Origin: Octopus bimaculoides
Taxonomy: Eukaryota
NCBI RefSeq assembly: GCF_001194135.2
Contig: NC_068986.1
Coordinates: 78,748,890-78,786,246, forward strand
Direction: 5' to 3'
Length of the DNA stretch: 37,357 nucleotides
Part shown: piece after piece, positions 11,501 through 23,047 of the stretch
Layout of the letters: the number at the start of each line of letters is the position of its first letter
How positions within the stretch are numbered: position 1 is the first letter of the stretch
Position numbers and translations under genes: made by a program
The notes under the pieces: model-generated
What the model saw: the letters and a program-made list of their open reading frames with translations, nothing else
Told to the model about the DNA's origin: nothing
Database searches by the model: none

Positions 11501-11728
11501 TACATTCGAAACATTGAATGTTCGCTAGCTCCTAGAAATTCTTTTATCAATCTTCCTATTGTATTTATCTTCCCAGTTGTTATTTGAGTTTCATGATTTA
11601 TCCAAGTATTTCGCTTCAAATAAAGTGCTTCAATGTGGGTGTTTGACCTGCTAAAAATATGAGTCAAGTCACCATCATAACAACCCATAGTAATTGCTTT
11701 CAAAAGAGGAGACACACGAGCGTTCAAC
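11501..11728 (-). CDS. Candidate coding exon, unidentified
   Basis: Pyrimidine-rich acceptor ttattgtttctagcag|, then the open frame LNARVSPLLKAITMGCYDGDLTHIFSRSNTHIEALYLKRNTWINHETQITTGKINTIGRLIKEFLGASEHSMFR. A donor (|gtagta or |gtaact) lies just before the in-frame stop. Confidence 0.4.
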
Positions 11729-12307
11729 CTGCTAGAAACAATAACAACATCAGATTCATAAAAACTGTCTTAAGAAAAGGAGACTCGTAAATCAACAAAA
11801 ATGTAGGTCTGAATACAATAATGCTTCAAGCGAAAATAGATGATCGTATTTCAAACTACTTTCATCACTAGGGCAGTCTTACATCATCATCATCATCATC
11901 AAGAACAACACTGACAATTACAACATGACACGAATACCTCCAACAAAAGAAAATGTACTTTATGGACATTTTCCATAAACATTTATTTCTCCTATAAGAA
12001 TTTATTTTCCTTAAAATGTATCAAATCTTACGTCACATTGAATTATTCTTGACTGCAGTTTAAGTTCTCAACTATCAAGAATATGTTTTGAATTTCAGTC
12101 ATTATGTATCCTGTGTATTATTTTGGTTGGCTTATAAATTATTTGAAATGCAAATTATCTTATCTATTTGTGTTTGTTTATGAAATTTGTATGTATGTTC
12201 TTCTCTTGTAATTCTGAAAGATCAGACACTGTTGTATTTTATACATATTGTTTTCTCTTTCAGTTGGAAGATTATTTTTAGCTAATAACGAAAATACTAG
12301 AATTAAA

Positions 12308-12351
12308 TCCTGTCAGAAAAGCCCCACAAAAGTGGGGCTTGGCTGACAGGA
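12308..12351. other. GC-rich hairpin/cruciform (9 bp + 2x2 internal loop + 9 bp, 4-nt loop)
   Basis: TCCTGTCAG-AA-AAGCCCCAC-AAAA-GTGGGGCTT-GG-CTGACAGGA. Confidence 0.85.
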
Positions 12352-12624
12352 CAAAATGGAGTTCTCTGCCGTTCTCGTGTCAATGGAGCATATATGCGAT
12401 GTGGGAAGAACGGGAACGCGAAACTATTAGCATCAGCTTTTGTTATATTTCTGCTTTTAAATAAAGTGTATATATACATATATTTAAACTCTTTTCCTGC
12501 TTATTTGCGTTAAATTACACTTTTGGGGGTATATATATATATATGTGAAGGGTGATGCACCTGTATATCTTAGGTACTTAAGCATAGCTGCGCGTCTGCA
12601 TGCGTTTCACGGACATATGCTGTA

Positions 12625-12653
12625 TTCTTCTTCTTCTTCTTCTTCTTCTTCTT
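12625..12653. repeat. (TTC)n microsatellite at the 3' end of R4-like element 1
   Basis: Directly visible. Confidence 0.95.
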
Positions 12654-13650
12654 GTCTCTGAACGCTGGAGATGTACTACGGTGTCAGTTGTTCACTACCA
12701 ATGAACTAAGGTAACACCTATTATTTTTCGAGCACCATCTGGAGTATTCGGGCGGTTACAAGGAGTGCTGTTTTCTGCAAGTGCTCCACCCTTATTGCAT
12801 CCCCTATTTCCTTCATGTATTTCCCAAAATGTTAACTCCCTGTTCCCAGGGCTCCGACAATTATTGGTACTATTACTAACTTTTTCAGTGACCACAACTG
12901 CTTAACTTCCCAAACTAAGCTGTCGTATCTATCGACTTTTCTTTCTTCCTTATCGCATACCTTGTTGTCAGCTGAACATGATATATATCTATGATCCAGC
13001 ATCGTTTGATTCTTTCTCAATTAACACTGTGTCTGGTTTCCTATTCTCCGTCTCATGGTCGCACTGAAATATAAAATCCCATAGGATCTTTGGCACTTGA
13101 GGATGGCACTTCGATGATGCCATTTATTTGCTCTGTCAAGTCCACATTCGCTGCAAAGTGTCCAATGGACAATCCTTGATATGTTGTTATAACGTCTCAT
13201 ATTGTTTCTGGGTTAGTGGTGTACATTGACTGATAATATGCCATACGGTTTCATCATTTCTGTCCACAAATTCTGCACTTATCACTTTCTGATGTATTGT
13301 CTATTTTGCATTTGATGTAATTGGTCCTTAATGCTTGCTCGTGGGCAGCACAGATTAGAGCCTTCGTTTCCGGTTTTAAATTACCTCGGTTTTAAATTAC
13401 TTTTCTCTGTCTCTCTTATCTTCAGCATCCCTATGAAATTGTCCATGCATTCTTTTCGTTATCCACCTATTTTCAGTTTCATTCATTCTCAAGTGTTTGT
13501 ACAGTGCTTTATATTTGCAATCTTCCATCTACAAGCCTGACCTTCTTACTTCCAATAATAGTGGTTGTGTGGCATTTTTACATACCATGCTTTCTTCTGC
13601 TCTAATGCTGTGTTCGCATCCAATAAGTTCTCTTCCTCCTCTTTTTCTTG
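12654..13650 (-). mobile_element. R4/Dong-clade non-LTR retrotransposon, 5'-truncated copy 1 (RT C-terminus, CCHC knuckle, RLE)
   Basis: Frameshift-corrected translation: RKRGGRELIGCEHSIRAEE...AAHEQALRTNYIKCKIDNTSESDKCRICGQKxETVWHIISQC...KILWDFIFQCDHETENRKPDTVLIEKES.RCWIIDISCSADNKVCDKEERKVDRYDSLVWEVKQLWSLKKLVIVPIIVGALGT. Confidence 0.9.
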
Positions 13651-13654
13651 CTAC

Positions 13655-14190
13655 ATAGAGTCTGTGTCACTTTTGGGGTGGAGAATTCGTGGGTCAAGGG
13701 GACATGCAACATCAACTATATAGCATATGTGTTGTATCTTGTCCGCAACCACTAGGTCCGGCCTGTTATGCTGTAGCACCTGATCTGCTTCGATTGGGAA
13801 ATCCCAGAGTATTTTTCTGGTCTCCGACTCCGCCATTCTTTACTGTTTGTACTCATGCAATGTCTTCTGTCTAGCCGCTACATTTTGCAGTTCCCAATGT
13901 AGCACGTTCGGTACCTGATCAAGTCGTCACAACTTGTAGTGGTTTGGGGCAAGTCTAGGGCATTCGTTCGTGATATGGTCAATGGTTTCATTTACTCTAT
14001 TATAGATGCGGCACAGTAGACATTTGCTCATTCCTAAGGTTGACCCTCCAGTTCGTGGTTGACCCTCCAAATCTTGGTCTTGCGCTGGCATACAGTACTA
14101 TTCTAGTGGTCCTTTCTTCGGCCAATCCCACCTATTTTTTCCAGCAACTTCTGTTGTGGCTGCATGGAATTGATTGTGTAGTCACTTGTG
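13655..14190 (-). mobile_element. R4/Dong-clade non-LTR retrotransposon fragment, copy 2 (divergent subfamily)
   Basis: RWDWPKKG...AQDQDL...LCRIYNRVNETIDHITNECPRLAPNHYKL*RLDQVPNVLHWELQ...KILWDFPIEADQVLQHNRPDLVVADKIQHICYIVDVACPLDPRI: a degenerate knuckle and an RLE PD motif. Confidence 0.85.
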
Positions 14191-14247
14191 TAATTCTTCT
14201 TAGTACTTCTTTTGTTTTTTTTCCTTTTCTCTCTACATTCAAAACAC

Positions 14248-14293
14248 ATCATTATTATTATTATTATCATTATTATTATTATTATTATTATTA

Positions 14294-14346
<53 letters not shown>

Positions 14347-14349
14347 GTT

Positions 14350-14382
<33 letters not shown>

Positions 14383-14394
14383 TTGGTCATCATC
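14248..14394. repeat. (ATT)n(ATC)n microsatellite
   Basis: Directly visible; source of the poly-I/Y/H ORFs. Confidence 0.95.
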
Positions 14395-14401
14395 TAAGGC
14401 A

Positions 14402-14850
14402 ACAGGCTAGCAGAGTCATTAACACGCCGGACAAAATGTTTAGCAGCATTTCGCTTATTTTACATTATGACCTGAAGTCTTTCCGAGCTCTACATGGTCT
14501 TTCATCGTTTAGAAGTCTGTGCAATGAGTAGCAGTCAAGTACTGGGGTCAGTATAACCAACTGACCCTCTCTCCTGAAATTGTTGGTACTGTGCCTATAG
14601 TAGAAAGAATTATCATTATCATTATTAGTAAGGTGGCGATCTGGAAGAATCTATATCACACCGAATAAAACGCCCAGCAGCATTTCGTACATCTTTACAT
14701 CTCGAATTTCTGCTGAGGTCGAGTTTGCTTTTATTCCGTTCGGGGTCGATAAACTGAAGTATCAGTTGAGTGCTTGAGAATATTTGATCGACTAGCCCCT
14801 GCACCCCAAAATTTCAGGCCTCGTGCCTATAGTAGAAAGTGTCTATCATT
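14402..14850 (+). mobile_element. Two degraded tandem copies of SINE family A
   Basis: About 14402-14610 and 14631-14850 align by eye with the reverse complement of 22229-22446 (ggcgagctggcagaa head, ggggtcgataaa core, gtgcctatagtagaaag tail). Confidence 0.75.
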
Positions 14851-14854
14851 ATAT

Positions 14855-15410
14855 TTTATGTTTGACTTTTGCTTTGCATTTGTACAAGTTGGCTTCAAAT
14901 CTTACCCAGAGACCTCAAGAGACAACAAGTTAGAAGTTCATGTAGGTGTTATGCCTAGGGTACCATATATTTGGATTTGTACATAGTGTTGTGCTAGAGA
15001 ATATTTAAGAAACCATAAGAAAATTATGTGTTTGTTTTAAAATTTGAGATCACATAGACAGTATTTTACGTACGATATGGGCAGTTCTCATGAGCACTAT
15101 CGTTTGAATTTCCGCCATTTTGGGGTTTCATGGTATCTGAGCTAGGTAGCAATCAGCCCCTTTTGCTATCATTCCTAGGGCACCTATGACAACAGGTATT
15201 GTTTTAGTCTTGAAGTTCCACATTTTGCCAATTTCTATTTCAAGATCTTTATACTTGCTCAGTTTCTGGTAGGACTTGACAGATACATTTATATAGATTA
15301 TATCAATGAGGAGGCATGATTTTACAATATGATGTCTGGCCTGTTTGCATCTATCTTTCTGTCAGTTTGAATGGTGAAGTTCCAAAGGAATAAGATGTGA
15401 TCATTTCAAG
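14855..15410 (-). mobile_element. R4/Dong-clade fragment, copy 3 (RLE C-terminus plus 3' UTR)
   Basis: WNFTIQTDRKIDANRPDII...LLIDI...SVKSYQKLSKYKDLEIEIGKMWNFKTKTIPVVIGALGMIAKGADCYLAQIP, after frameshift correction. Confidence 0.85.
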
Positions 15411-15411
15411 C

Positions 15412-15466
15412 ACTATTATCATCATCATCATCATCATCATCATTATTATTATTATTATTATTATTG
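15412..15466. repeat. (ATC)n(ATT)n microsatellite
   Basis: Directly visible; lies between R4-like copies 3 and 4. Confidence 0.95.
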
Positions 15467-15467
15467 T

Positions 15468-16111
15468 TCAGTAGTTTTATTTTTATAACGTGCTTTCACT
15501 TCACTACCGAGCGCAGCTCTGTGCGCCTTGGGTATGTGCTGTGGTTTGCTGTGGTGCGCTTATGTTTACTGTATTGAAAGTGTTTTGCGTAGAATGTGTG
15601 CAGTACCCAGTAGTGCAATTTTCTGTATGTTATATATATTTGTAAGTCCTGGTATTTTTGTTATGTATTTGTCTGAATATTTTTTTATTATACCTAAGGC
15701 ACCTACTATGATAGGAATTGTTTCTGNNNNNNNNNNNNNNNNNNNNNNNNNNNNNNNNNNNNNNNNNNNNNNNNNNNNNNNNNNNNNNNNNNNNNNNNNN
15801 NNNNNNNNNNNNNNNNNNNNNNNNNNNNNNNNNNNNNNNNNNNNNNNNNNNNNNNNNNNNNNNNNNNNNNNNNNNNNNNNNNNNNNNNNNNNNNNNNNNN
15901 NNNNNNNNNNNNNNNNNNNNNNNNNNNNNNNNNNNNNNNNNNNNNNNNNNNNNNNNNNNNNNNNNNNNNNNNNNNNNNNNNNNNNNNNNNNNNNNNNNNN
16001 NNNNNNTATTCCATAGTGTTGGCATAGCCTCCAGTGTATATAGGTCCCAGCTCTGTCGTGTCTGTGAATATATTCCTTCTTAGCCAGGACTGGGCAGCCA
16101 GAGATAATATG

Positions 16112-16113
<2 letters not shown>
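15468..16113 (-). mobile_element. R4/Dong-clade fragment, copy 4, flanked by (TAA)n on both sides; spans gap N 15727-16006
   Basis: HIISGCPVLAKKEYIHRHDRAGTYIHWRLCQHYG[gap]ETIPIIVGALGIIKKYSDKYITKIPGLTNIYNIQKIALLGTAHILRKTLSIQ*. The 3' UTR runs directly into (AAT)n. Confidence 0.9.

Positions 16114-16166
<53 letters not shown>
16114..16166. repeat. (TTA)n microsatellite
   Basis: Directly visible. Confidence 0.95.
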
Positions 16167-16872
16167 GAGTGAGAGAGCAGTGCATGTCATCAAAGTGACA
16201 CTGGGGTAAAATATACGAAGCCCAGTATACTTATCATGACTACCCGTCTGATAAGATAAACAGTGCATGATCTCGCATGTGGGGGCCCATCCCGCTCAAA
16301 TGATCCTTGAATTAGGGTTGTTTAAGAATGTTGAAAGAAATACCCATATGTCCAGAGGTGAATTATTCAAACTCCCAAGAATTCCGCTCAGCACACAGCT
16401 ATGATGATTCCCCACTACTTCTGCTCGTAATCAGACAGTCACATATCGTCAGCCACCAAGGAACATGCTTAGCCGGTTAAGGTCAAAGAACTGACAAGCA
16501 AATCTGTGTATTGAGTAGAATATTTGTTCTAGCCCATCTTTTATATCAAGACAAAGCAATGTATACGATAACACTTCCAATCAGCCAAGATCGGAAGTCA
16601 TGAGAGTCAGTGCATCAGGGATATTATTATTATTAATAGTAGTAGTATTATCATGATGGTGGCTGATTGGCAGATCATCGGAAGACAAAAGAGCAGAAAA
16701 AAGAAACTGCTTTGCTGTATTTCTACCAGCTCTTTCGTGTTCTGAGTACAACTTCTATCAAGGTAATGTTTGCTTTCAACCCAACGGAGTCAATAAAATA
16801 TATTACCTGCAACATACTGGAATCTATGGTAACAACTAACTCCAGACTCTTAAAATTACTGGCTTTGTGCCG

Positions 16873-17030
16873 TCATGATCATCATGATGACCATCATCAG
16901 CATTATCATCATCATTATTAAAATCATCTTCGTCGTCGTCGTCGTCATCATCATCGCAATCGTTATATTCCTCGTCTTCATCATCATCATCATCATCATC
17001 GTTTTCGTCATCATAATTATCATCATCACG
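16873..17030. repeat. (CAT)n/(CGT)n compound trinucleotide microsatellite
   Basis: Directly visible; source of the poly-D/M/I ORFs. Confidence 0.9.
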
Positions 17031-17579
17031 ATGGAGGGCACATTCTTTCCTCTTATTACAATATCTGCTCACTTCTCTCCGAAATGATGAGTTATGTAAT
17101 CTCGTTCTTCCTTTTTTGATTTTGCGCGGCAGTTAATATTTGGACCCATGCAAAACTAGTAGATCTCCGAAGAAATGGCAGCAGATATATCTAGACTCTG
17201 TCTCTAGAAATCTATAAACCACATCTATCTGAGCAGGTACGGAAATATATTTAACGAGAAACAAGAGAGCAGTAACGACAAGCCGTCATCCAGTAGATTG
17301 CCTTCTTGATATTATAAATACATGTGCAAGTTTGTGAGTGAGAATTCGTTTGTAGTTTTGCCCGATTTGGCTTAATGTGTGGTTTGTTGGATGAATATTT
17401 ATTGTGTAGTATGACGCGTTTGCTGAATTCACTTCCTTCGGAAAGATTCAGACTTTGTTATGGAGTGTTACTGTCTGCAACACAGGCTGTTTTCTATATT
17501 TCACCGACCATCGAAGAAAGGAGCGGAAATAATAATTATCATTTCTGCCGGAAATTAATGATTTGCTATTCACTGTGGC

Positions 17580-17930
17580 TATCATTCTCTCTCTAACTCC
17601 CCCTTTTCCCCTCTCTCTCTTTCTCTCTCCTTCTCTCTTTTTCTCATTCTCTCTCTCCCTCCCTCCCTCTCTCTCTATCTATATATAATACACACACAAT
17701 TGCTTAGTCTTACATATAAATGCATGCATTGTGTGTGCATGTGTTATACACACACACATATATATATATACTTATATCGATATATAAACATGCATAAGTA
17801 TATATGTATGTATATACACACACAGACACATACATATGTATGTAACTTCATACATCGATGCAAATACATGCTTGTTTGTTTACACACACATACACACACA
17901 CATACATATACTTATTATATGGCATAAATA
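17580..17930. repeat. (CT)n and (CA/TA)n low-complexity tract
   Basis: Directly visible. Confidence 0.85.
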
Positions 17931-18669
17931 TATGACACGTGTTTACATATATCCAAAGCAAATATGCGGTGAGCTATTAACGATCACAAACATATGCACA
18001 TTTCATTGTCAGCTACACGTGCACAAAGAAATACACACACGCACGCTCATACACATGCACACACGAACATACCCATATACGTACATATATACAGGCATAG
18101 ACATACGCACAAGCACATTGCATTATGCATTATTTGTTCTATTTTATTCTATTAATAATTGTTTATCAACTTTATAAAATGGATTACAATTGATATGTCT
18201 TCCATTATAGAATTTAGCTTCATTTAGTACACTTGTATACCATTTATTCTGACATGTTTAGTTAATTTAAATATTCGTTAGTTGTCTTCTGTATTTAATC
18301 GTATATTCATCAACAGATATGTTTTGCAGTTAAATATTTATTATTTCTTACGTACATTCTTCTATGCGTGAACACAATCATGAAAATATAACATATCAAT
18401 ACAGAAATACATAAACACTATAACAAACGCACTTATAGCCTCCTCTATTCAGACGTATAATAACACATTTCGAGACATCGACGATGCTACACGCACGCGC
18501 AGACACACATAAATATTTCTTAAACTGTGACAAAGGATTCTGCAAACGTCTATGAAATAGCTCACGAATGTCTTAAAGCAATATGGATGAATATAATGCT
18601 CTGTAGTTTGACAGAAATAAAGCAATTCAGTATCCTGCTTGTAAAATTCGTTGACTATATGATCAGCAT

Positions 18670-19260
18670 TCATGACGTCTCTAGGAGATTCATTCTGGTT
18701 GACATATTTCAGCTTTAAATTATTGCGATTGCCTATCGCTTTCGATATGGCTTTTGAAGGCCATGGTGAATTATTTAGTGTTAGGATTGCTTTGCCAATT
18801 GTTTCCTCTGCGGCTCTTGTGATGTCTGATGTTAAAATATTGTTTATTTTGTCGGTGCTTCTGACATTATTGTTATTGAGATTCTTAGTGAGAGCAACAT
18901 TTACTTTGGTCTGGAAATTTGTTCTTTTTTCGCTATCATTAGGCAGTATCATCCAGTTAAGTGTCTAACGCTTCTTGAATTTCTGTAATTACCTACTAAA
19001 GTTCAACCGGAAGCGACAGGAACCAATTCCATGATCAGAATGTAGCTCCACCTTTGAGTAGGTGCCACAGTCATTGAATGAGCCCATCCAATTTGCTGTC
19101 ACAATAATATGGTCCATTGGAATGCATCCAGCTCCACTTTCTGTAGTTCTTGTGCTTCAGATGGGACTGCAAATCCTTCAGGTTGCTGGATGAAAAGGAG
19201 TTATATCTGTTCCATTATTTGTTCCCCTTATCATTTCTTTATATGTTTCCATTATCATTT
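18670..19260 (-). mobile_element. APE-type LINE fragment (endonuclease C-terminus plus linker), probably RTE-like
   Basis: KHKNYRKWSWMHSNG / MDHIIVTANWMGSFNDCGTYSKVELHSDHGIGSCRFRLNF carries the APE DHI...SDH motifs. It is followed by ILTSDITRAAEETIGK...NNSPWPSKAISKAIGNRNNLK, a typical EN-RT linker. Frameshifts and stops are present. Confidence 0.75.
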
Positions 19261-19539
19261 GAAACCGCAGGATATGTATATTTTCCGACTGCTATAACTT
19301 GACTATCATGGCCAATTTGCGTATCCATATCCCTAAGGAGGACTACTATATCATGCTTAGGACAAATTTTGCACGTTTCTGTAATCTAGTCACAGAATCG
19401 CTCTTTATCTTCATCATCAACATCACAAAAGTCAAAGCCATTAGAGTATTATACATTGTGTTATATGTATATTTTAACTACTTCGTGTCTCACCATGTCA
19501 AAAATTATTTCACGTGAACTCGAAGCTTCTAAATTCTTA

Positions 19540-19667
19540 TGACATGATATATGTACGCGTGTATGTATGTTTGTGTATGTATGAATGTATATATGTATGT
19601 AATAGATATATACATGAATATGTATCGATATTCATATCTCTAAATAACTCACTTGATACATACATAC

Positions 19668-19718
<51 letters not shown>

Positions 19719-19830
19719 CATATATACATACATATGTATATTTATAAATACACACGCACGCGCACACATGGGTGCGTACACAGACACAGACACATATGTA
19801 CATATATATGTGTGTGTGTATGTACATACA
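19540..19830. repeat. (TA)n/(TATG)n/(CA)n microsatellite tract
   Basis: Directly visible. Confidence 0.9.
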
Positions 19831-20359
19831 TGTTGGGAGCAAGTACATTTTTTTCGGAATTTGGCTGTACATTAATTGCACCACGAGAACGTTTTCACCG
19901 CAGGATAAACATAAATATATTTGATTTAAGCAGCATTATATACACCCACGAAACGAGGTGCATAAAGCACAGGTTGTAGAGGTTAAGTTAAAATGTCAAT
20001 GAAACGAAATAACCTCACTACTTGCGTAGGCAATTTATAATGAACCGTATCATGAAGTTTCGTCTTAATCTGTGCTTGACACTATAAAATATATCAAAAT
20101 GCAGGAGAATTGATATTTTAAAGCCTTTTACCAATGTGTTCAATAAATGAATAACTTACAGAAATATAAAATAAACATTGATAAAATATTTTGTAGTTTA
20201 TTTGAATGAGAAACAATTCTAAGAATATACACCGAAACTAATATATACATGAGGAAGGGAAGGAGTATACATACAGACATATATACATATATGTAAAAGT
20301 TACGGAGACGTAAACACACCAACACCGGCGATGGGGACAGACACATACTCAAAGATATA

Positions 20360-20780
20360 TATTTTTTATGTTTTACTTGTCTTATTCATTAGACTGAGCC
20401 CATCGCCTTGAAGAATTACTTTTAGTCGAATGAATGGGCCCCGGTATTTATTTTTGTTATTAAGCCTGGAACGTCTATCGGTCTCTTTTGCCGAACTGCT
20501 ATGTCACGGGGACGTGAATACACCAGCGTGGTGGTGGGGGACAAACAAAAACACGAAGACGCAATCACGCACGCACACGCGCGCACACCCACCCACACAC
20601 CCACGTACACACATACGCAAACACACGACGGGCTTCTTTCAGTTTCTATCTACCAAATCCACTCGCAAGGTTTTGGTCAACCCGCGGTTATAGTAGAAAA
20701 CACTTGCACAGGATGTTACACAGTGGGACTGAAGCCGGAACCATGTGGTTGGCAAGCAAATTTCATACTACACAGCCAGG
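20360..20780 (-). mobile_element. SINE family B (tRNA-like head, internal CA repeat), near full length
   Basis: The minus-strand head ggctgtgtagtatgaaatttgcttgccaaccacatggttccggcttcagtcccac has A/B-box-like motifs. It is homologous to 23277-23411 and 32520-32855. Confidence 0.75.
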
Positions 20781-21997
20781 CCAATTTTTATATGTGATGC
20801 ATATTTATGTGTGTGTGTATATGTGTATAGAGGAGTGTCTGTCTGTGTTTGCATTTAGTCACACACATATTTATGTTTATGTAATGTTTATTTATATTTA
20901 TATACATGCATATTTCTTTCTAACAAGAGATACTTATCACTGTGACGACATATTTTTTACCGCTATTATATGTACACAAATAGCAGACTAGAAAAAAAAG
21001 ACAATAAATATTAATAGTAACATGGCACCATTAATCTTAACTTTCCAAATAGCAAAAATCTGTTTAAGAATTTCTTAATAGACATTTACTAACACCAGCA
21101 TCAATTTAAATTCGATGGGTTACATGTTGCGTGATCAACTCATCTATATTCAAACGTACATTTCATCTTAAAACACAAACCCTAAATTTCTATGAAAAGA
21201 CAGTTGTGTCCTTGAATTTCAAACACACGTTTATTCACTTACGTCCACACTTGACGGAATCCTCTTCAACAACAAAATTACTAAATCCAACCAAATAAAA
21301 TCTCTACACATTAACTTTCTATCAACTTTCAACATACAAACACATACTGTCCCGCTCTTTTCGGTAATTTAATTTCGTCCACAAATACGATCCATATCAA
21401 CACTTAATCCCCATTTCACATAGCCCCACCAACAGCCCAAATGAACTAGTCTTAGACTATATGAAACCAAAAAGAATGCAAGTAGAGCAAATACTGACGA
21501 TATGCATATGCGGACGTTGTGTATCTAGTGCCTGCGTGCGTGGGATTTTGCGCGCTAGTTGAAGGTTGCGATTGTAAGTGGTACACATGTCTATCTCTAG
21601 AGAGAGCAGAAATATTTATGAACACCCACTTCGTCTGCCTTAAAGAGAGTTCTTTGAAGCTGATACTATAAGCCTGTCAAAGGAAGTGACTACTACTAAC
21701 TCATTTCAGCTCTCATACATGACGGTGTTTGTTCATACTGCAATTATTGTCATTTCCTTTATTTTTTAAAAGGATTGTTGTTCTTGTAGCCGTTGGTGGT
21801 GTTGTCATCATCGAGTCTATGTCATTCTCTCCTCTCATTTGTGTGTATACGTGCACACTTTTGAATGTGTAGGAGTGCGTATCTGTATCTAATTAGTTGT
21901 GTAAGAGAGAGCGTAGCCGTCTCTCCTTCCTCTCATTAAACTGTCACGCTACACTCCGTTACACCGTTGATGTAATTTGTACAGCGGGGATAAATAT

Positions 21998-22214
21998 TGG
22001 TTTCACATTTTCGCACAGAGCCAGCAATTTTGAGGGAGGGCGTACGTCGATTACATCGATCCTAGTGTTCAGCTGCTACTTATTTTATCGACCTGCGAAA
22101 AGATGAAAGGTAAAGTCGACTTCGGCGTAGTTTGAACTCAGAACATGTACATAGACGAAATGCCGCTAAGCATTTTTGCCAGGCGTACTAACGGTTCTAC
22201 CAGTTCGCCGCCTT
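21998..22214 (-). mobile_element. SINE family A copy (variant tail)
   Basis: Shares tttatcgacc..gaaa.gatgaaagg.aaagtcgac..tttgaactcagaac..gacgaaat.ccgctaagcattt..cgt.ctaacg.ttct.ccag.tc.ccgcc with the adjacent copy. Confidence 0.9.
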
Positions 22215-22228
22215 TAAAAGTGATAAAT

Positions 22229-22446
22229 ATTCTTTTCTATTCTAGGCACAAAGCCGGGAAATTTTGGAGAAGGGGGCCAGTCGATTAGATCGACCTCAGT
22301 ACGCAATTGGTACTTAATTTATCGACCCCGAAAGGATGAAAGGCAAAGTCGACCTTGACGGAATTTGAACTCAGAACGTAAAGACAGACGAAATACCGCT
22401 AAGCATTTCGCCCAGCGTGCTAACGATTCTGCCAGCTCACCGCCTT
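22229..22446 (-). mobile_element. SINE family A copy, well preserved, with ~16-bp TSD
   Basis: Full unit with B-box-like GAGTTCAAATTCC on the minus strand. Flanked by aaaagtgataaatatt (22216-22231) and aaaggtgataaatatt (22447-22462). Confidence 0.9.
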
Positions 22447-23013
22447 AAAGGTGATAAATATTGAGCAAACTTTGTACATTTTTTTAGAGAACATTGACTC
22501 GATAGTGTTATGCAATTTCGCCAAAAGATCGCGCAATCTTGTCTGTCAATTTAACGAAACTTATATATTTTAAAATGCCAATTATGTATTTTTGAATAAT
22601 AGTATATGTACATGTGTATGTGCGTACGTGTTGGTTCGGGTATATATATATGGATGGAGACGTGACCAAAAACTTCAAAAGTTAAGTTCCTGATAATGAT
22701 GTTCCAAAACATTCTAATATTTCGTAGAGTGAATCCAAATTTTGTAAGCGAAATTGATTAGAACGTCAGTGTGAGAAATCCCATCGCTTATTATACATAA
22801 GGCAAACTTTATATAATACTATCCTCTTCAAGGTTAGTATTATATCAAGTGAATATGAGGGATCACCTTAAGAGTACGAGTGTTTATGTTATATACAGAC
22901 TTAACATTATAATTATTCTATAATGCAATGAGTAGATAATTTCATTAATGACAATGTAAACAAAACAGAAGACAAAACATTGTAAACTTATCGTTGGAAC
23001 CGAAGGCAGACAC

Positions 23014-23047
<34 letters not shown>

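Noticed and set aside
11501-11728. Faint recalled resemblance of GCYDGDLTHIF to cephalopod SE-cephalotoxin
   Set aside because: Only a few residues, from memory; cannot be supported without a search.
12308-12351. Hairpin read as a SECIS element, rho-independent terminator or Helitron end
   Set aside because: It lacks the AUGA/GA quartet, the context is eukaryotic with no following U-tract, and there is no CTRR terminus at the expected distance.
14040-14531. Poly-Y/H/I/M ORFs, and the poly-D ORF at 16836-17072
   Set aside because: Trinucleotide microsatellites lacking stops in some frames; no domain signal.
16170-16625. Probable interspersed repeats between TAT tracts
   Set aside because: No second copy in the window and no coding or TIR signature, so it cannot be classified from the sequence alone.
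21480-21800. CpG-richer, promoter- or first-exon-like stretch with GTAAGT donors nearby
   Set aside because: Splice-like hexamers are common by chance in this composition; no TSS evidence.
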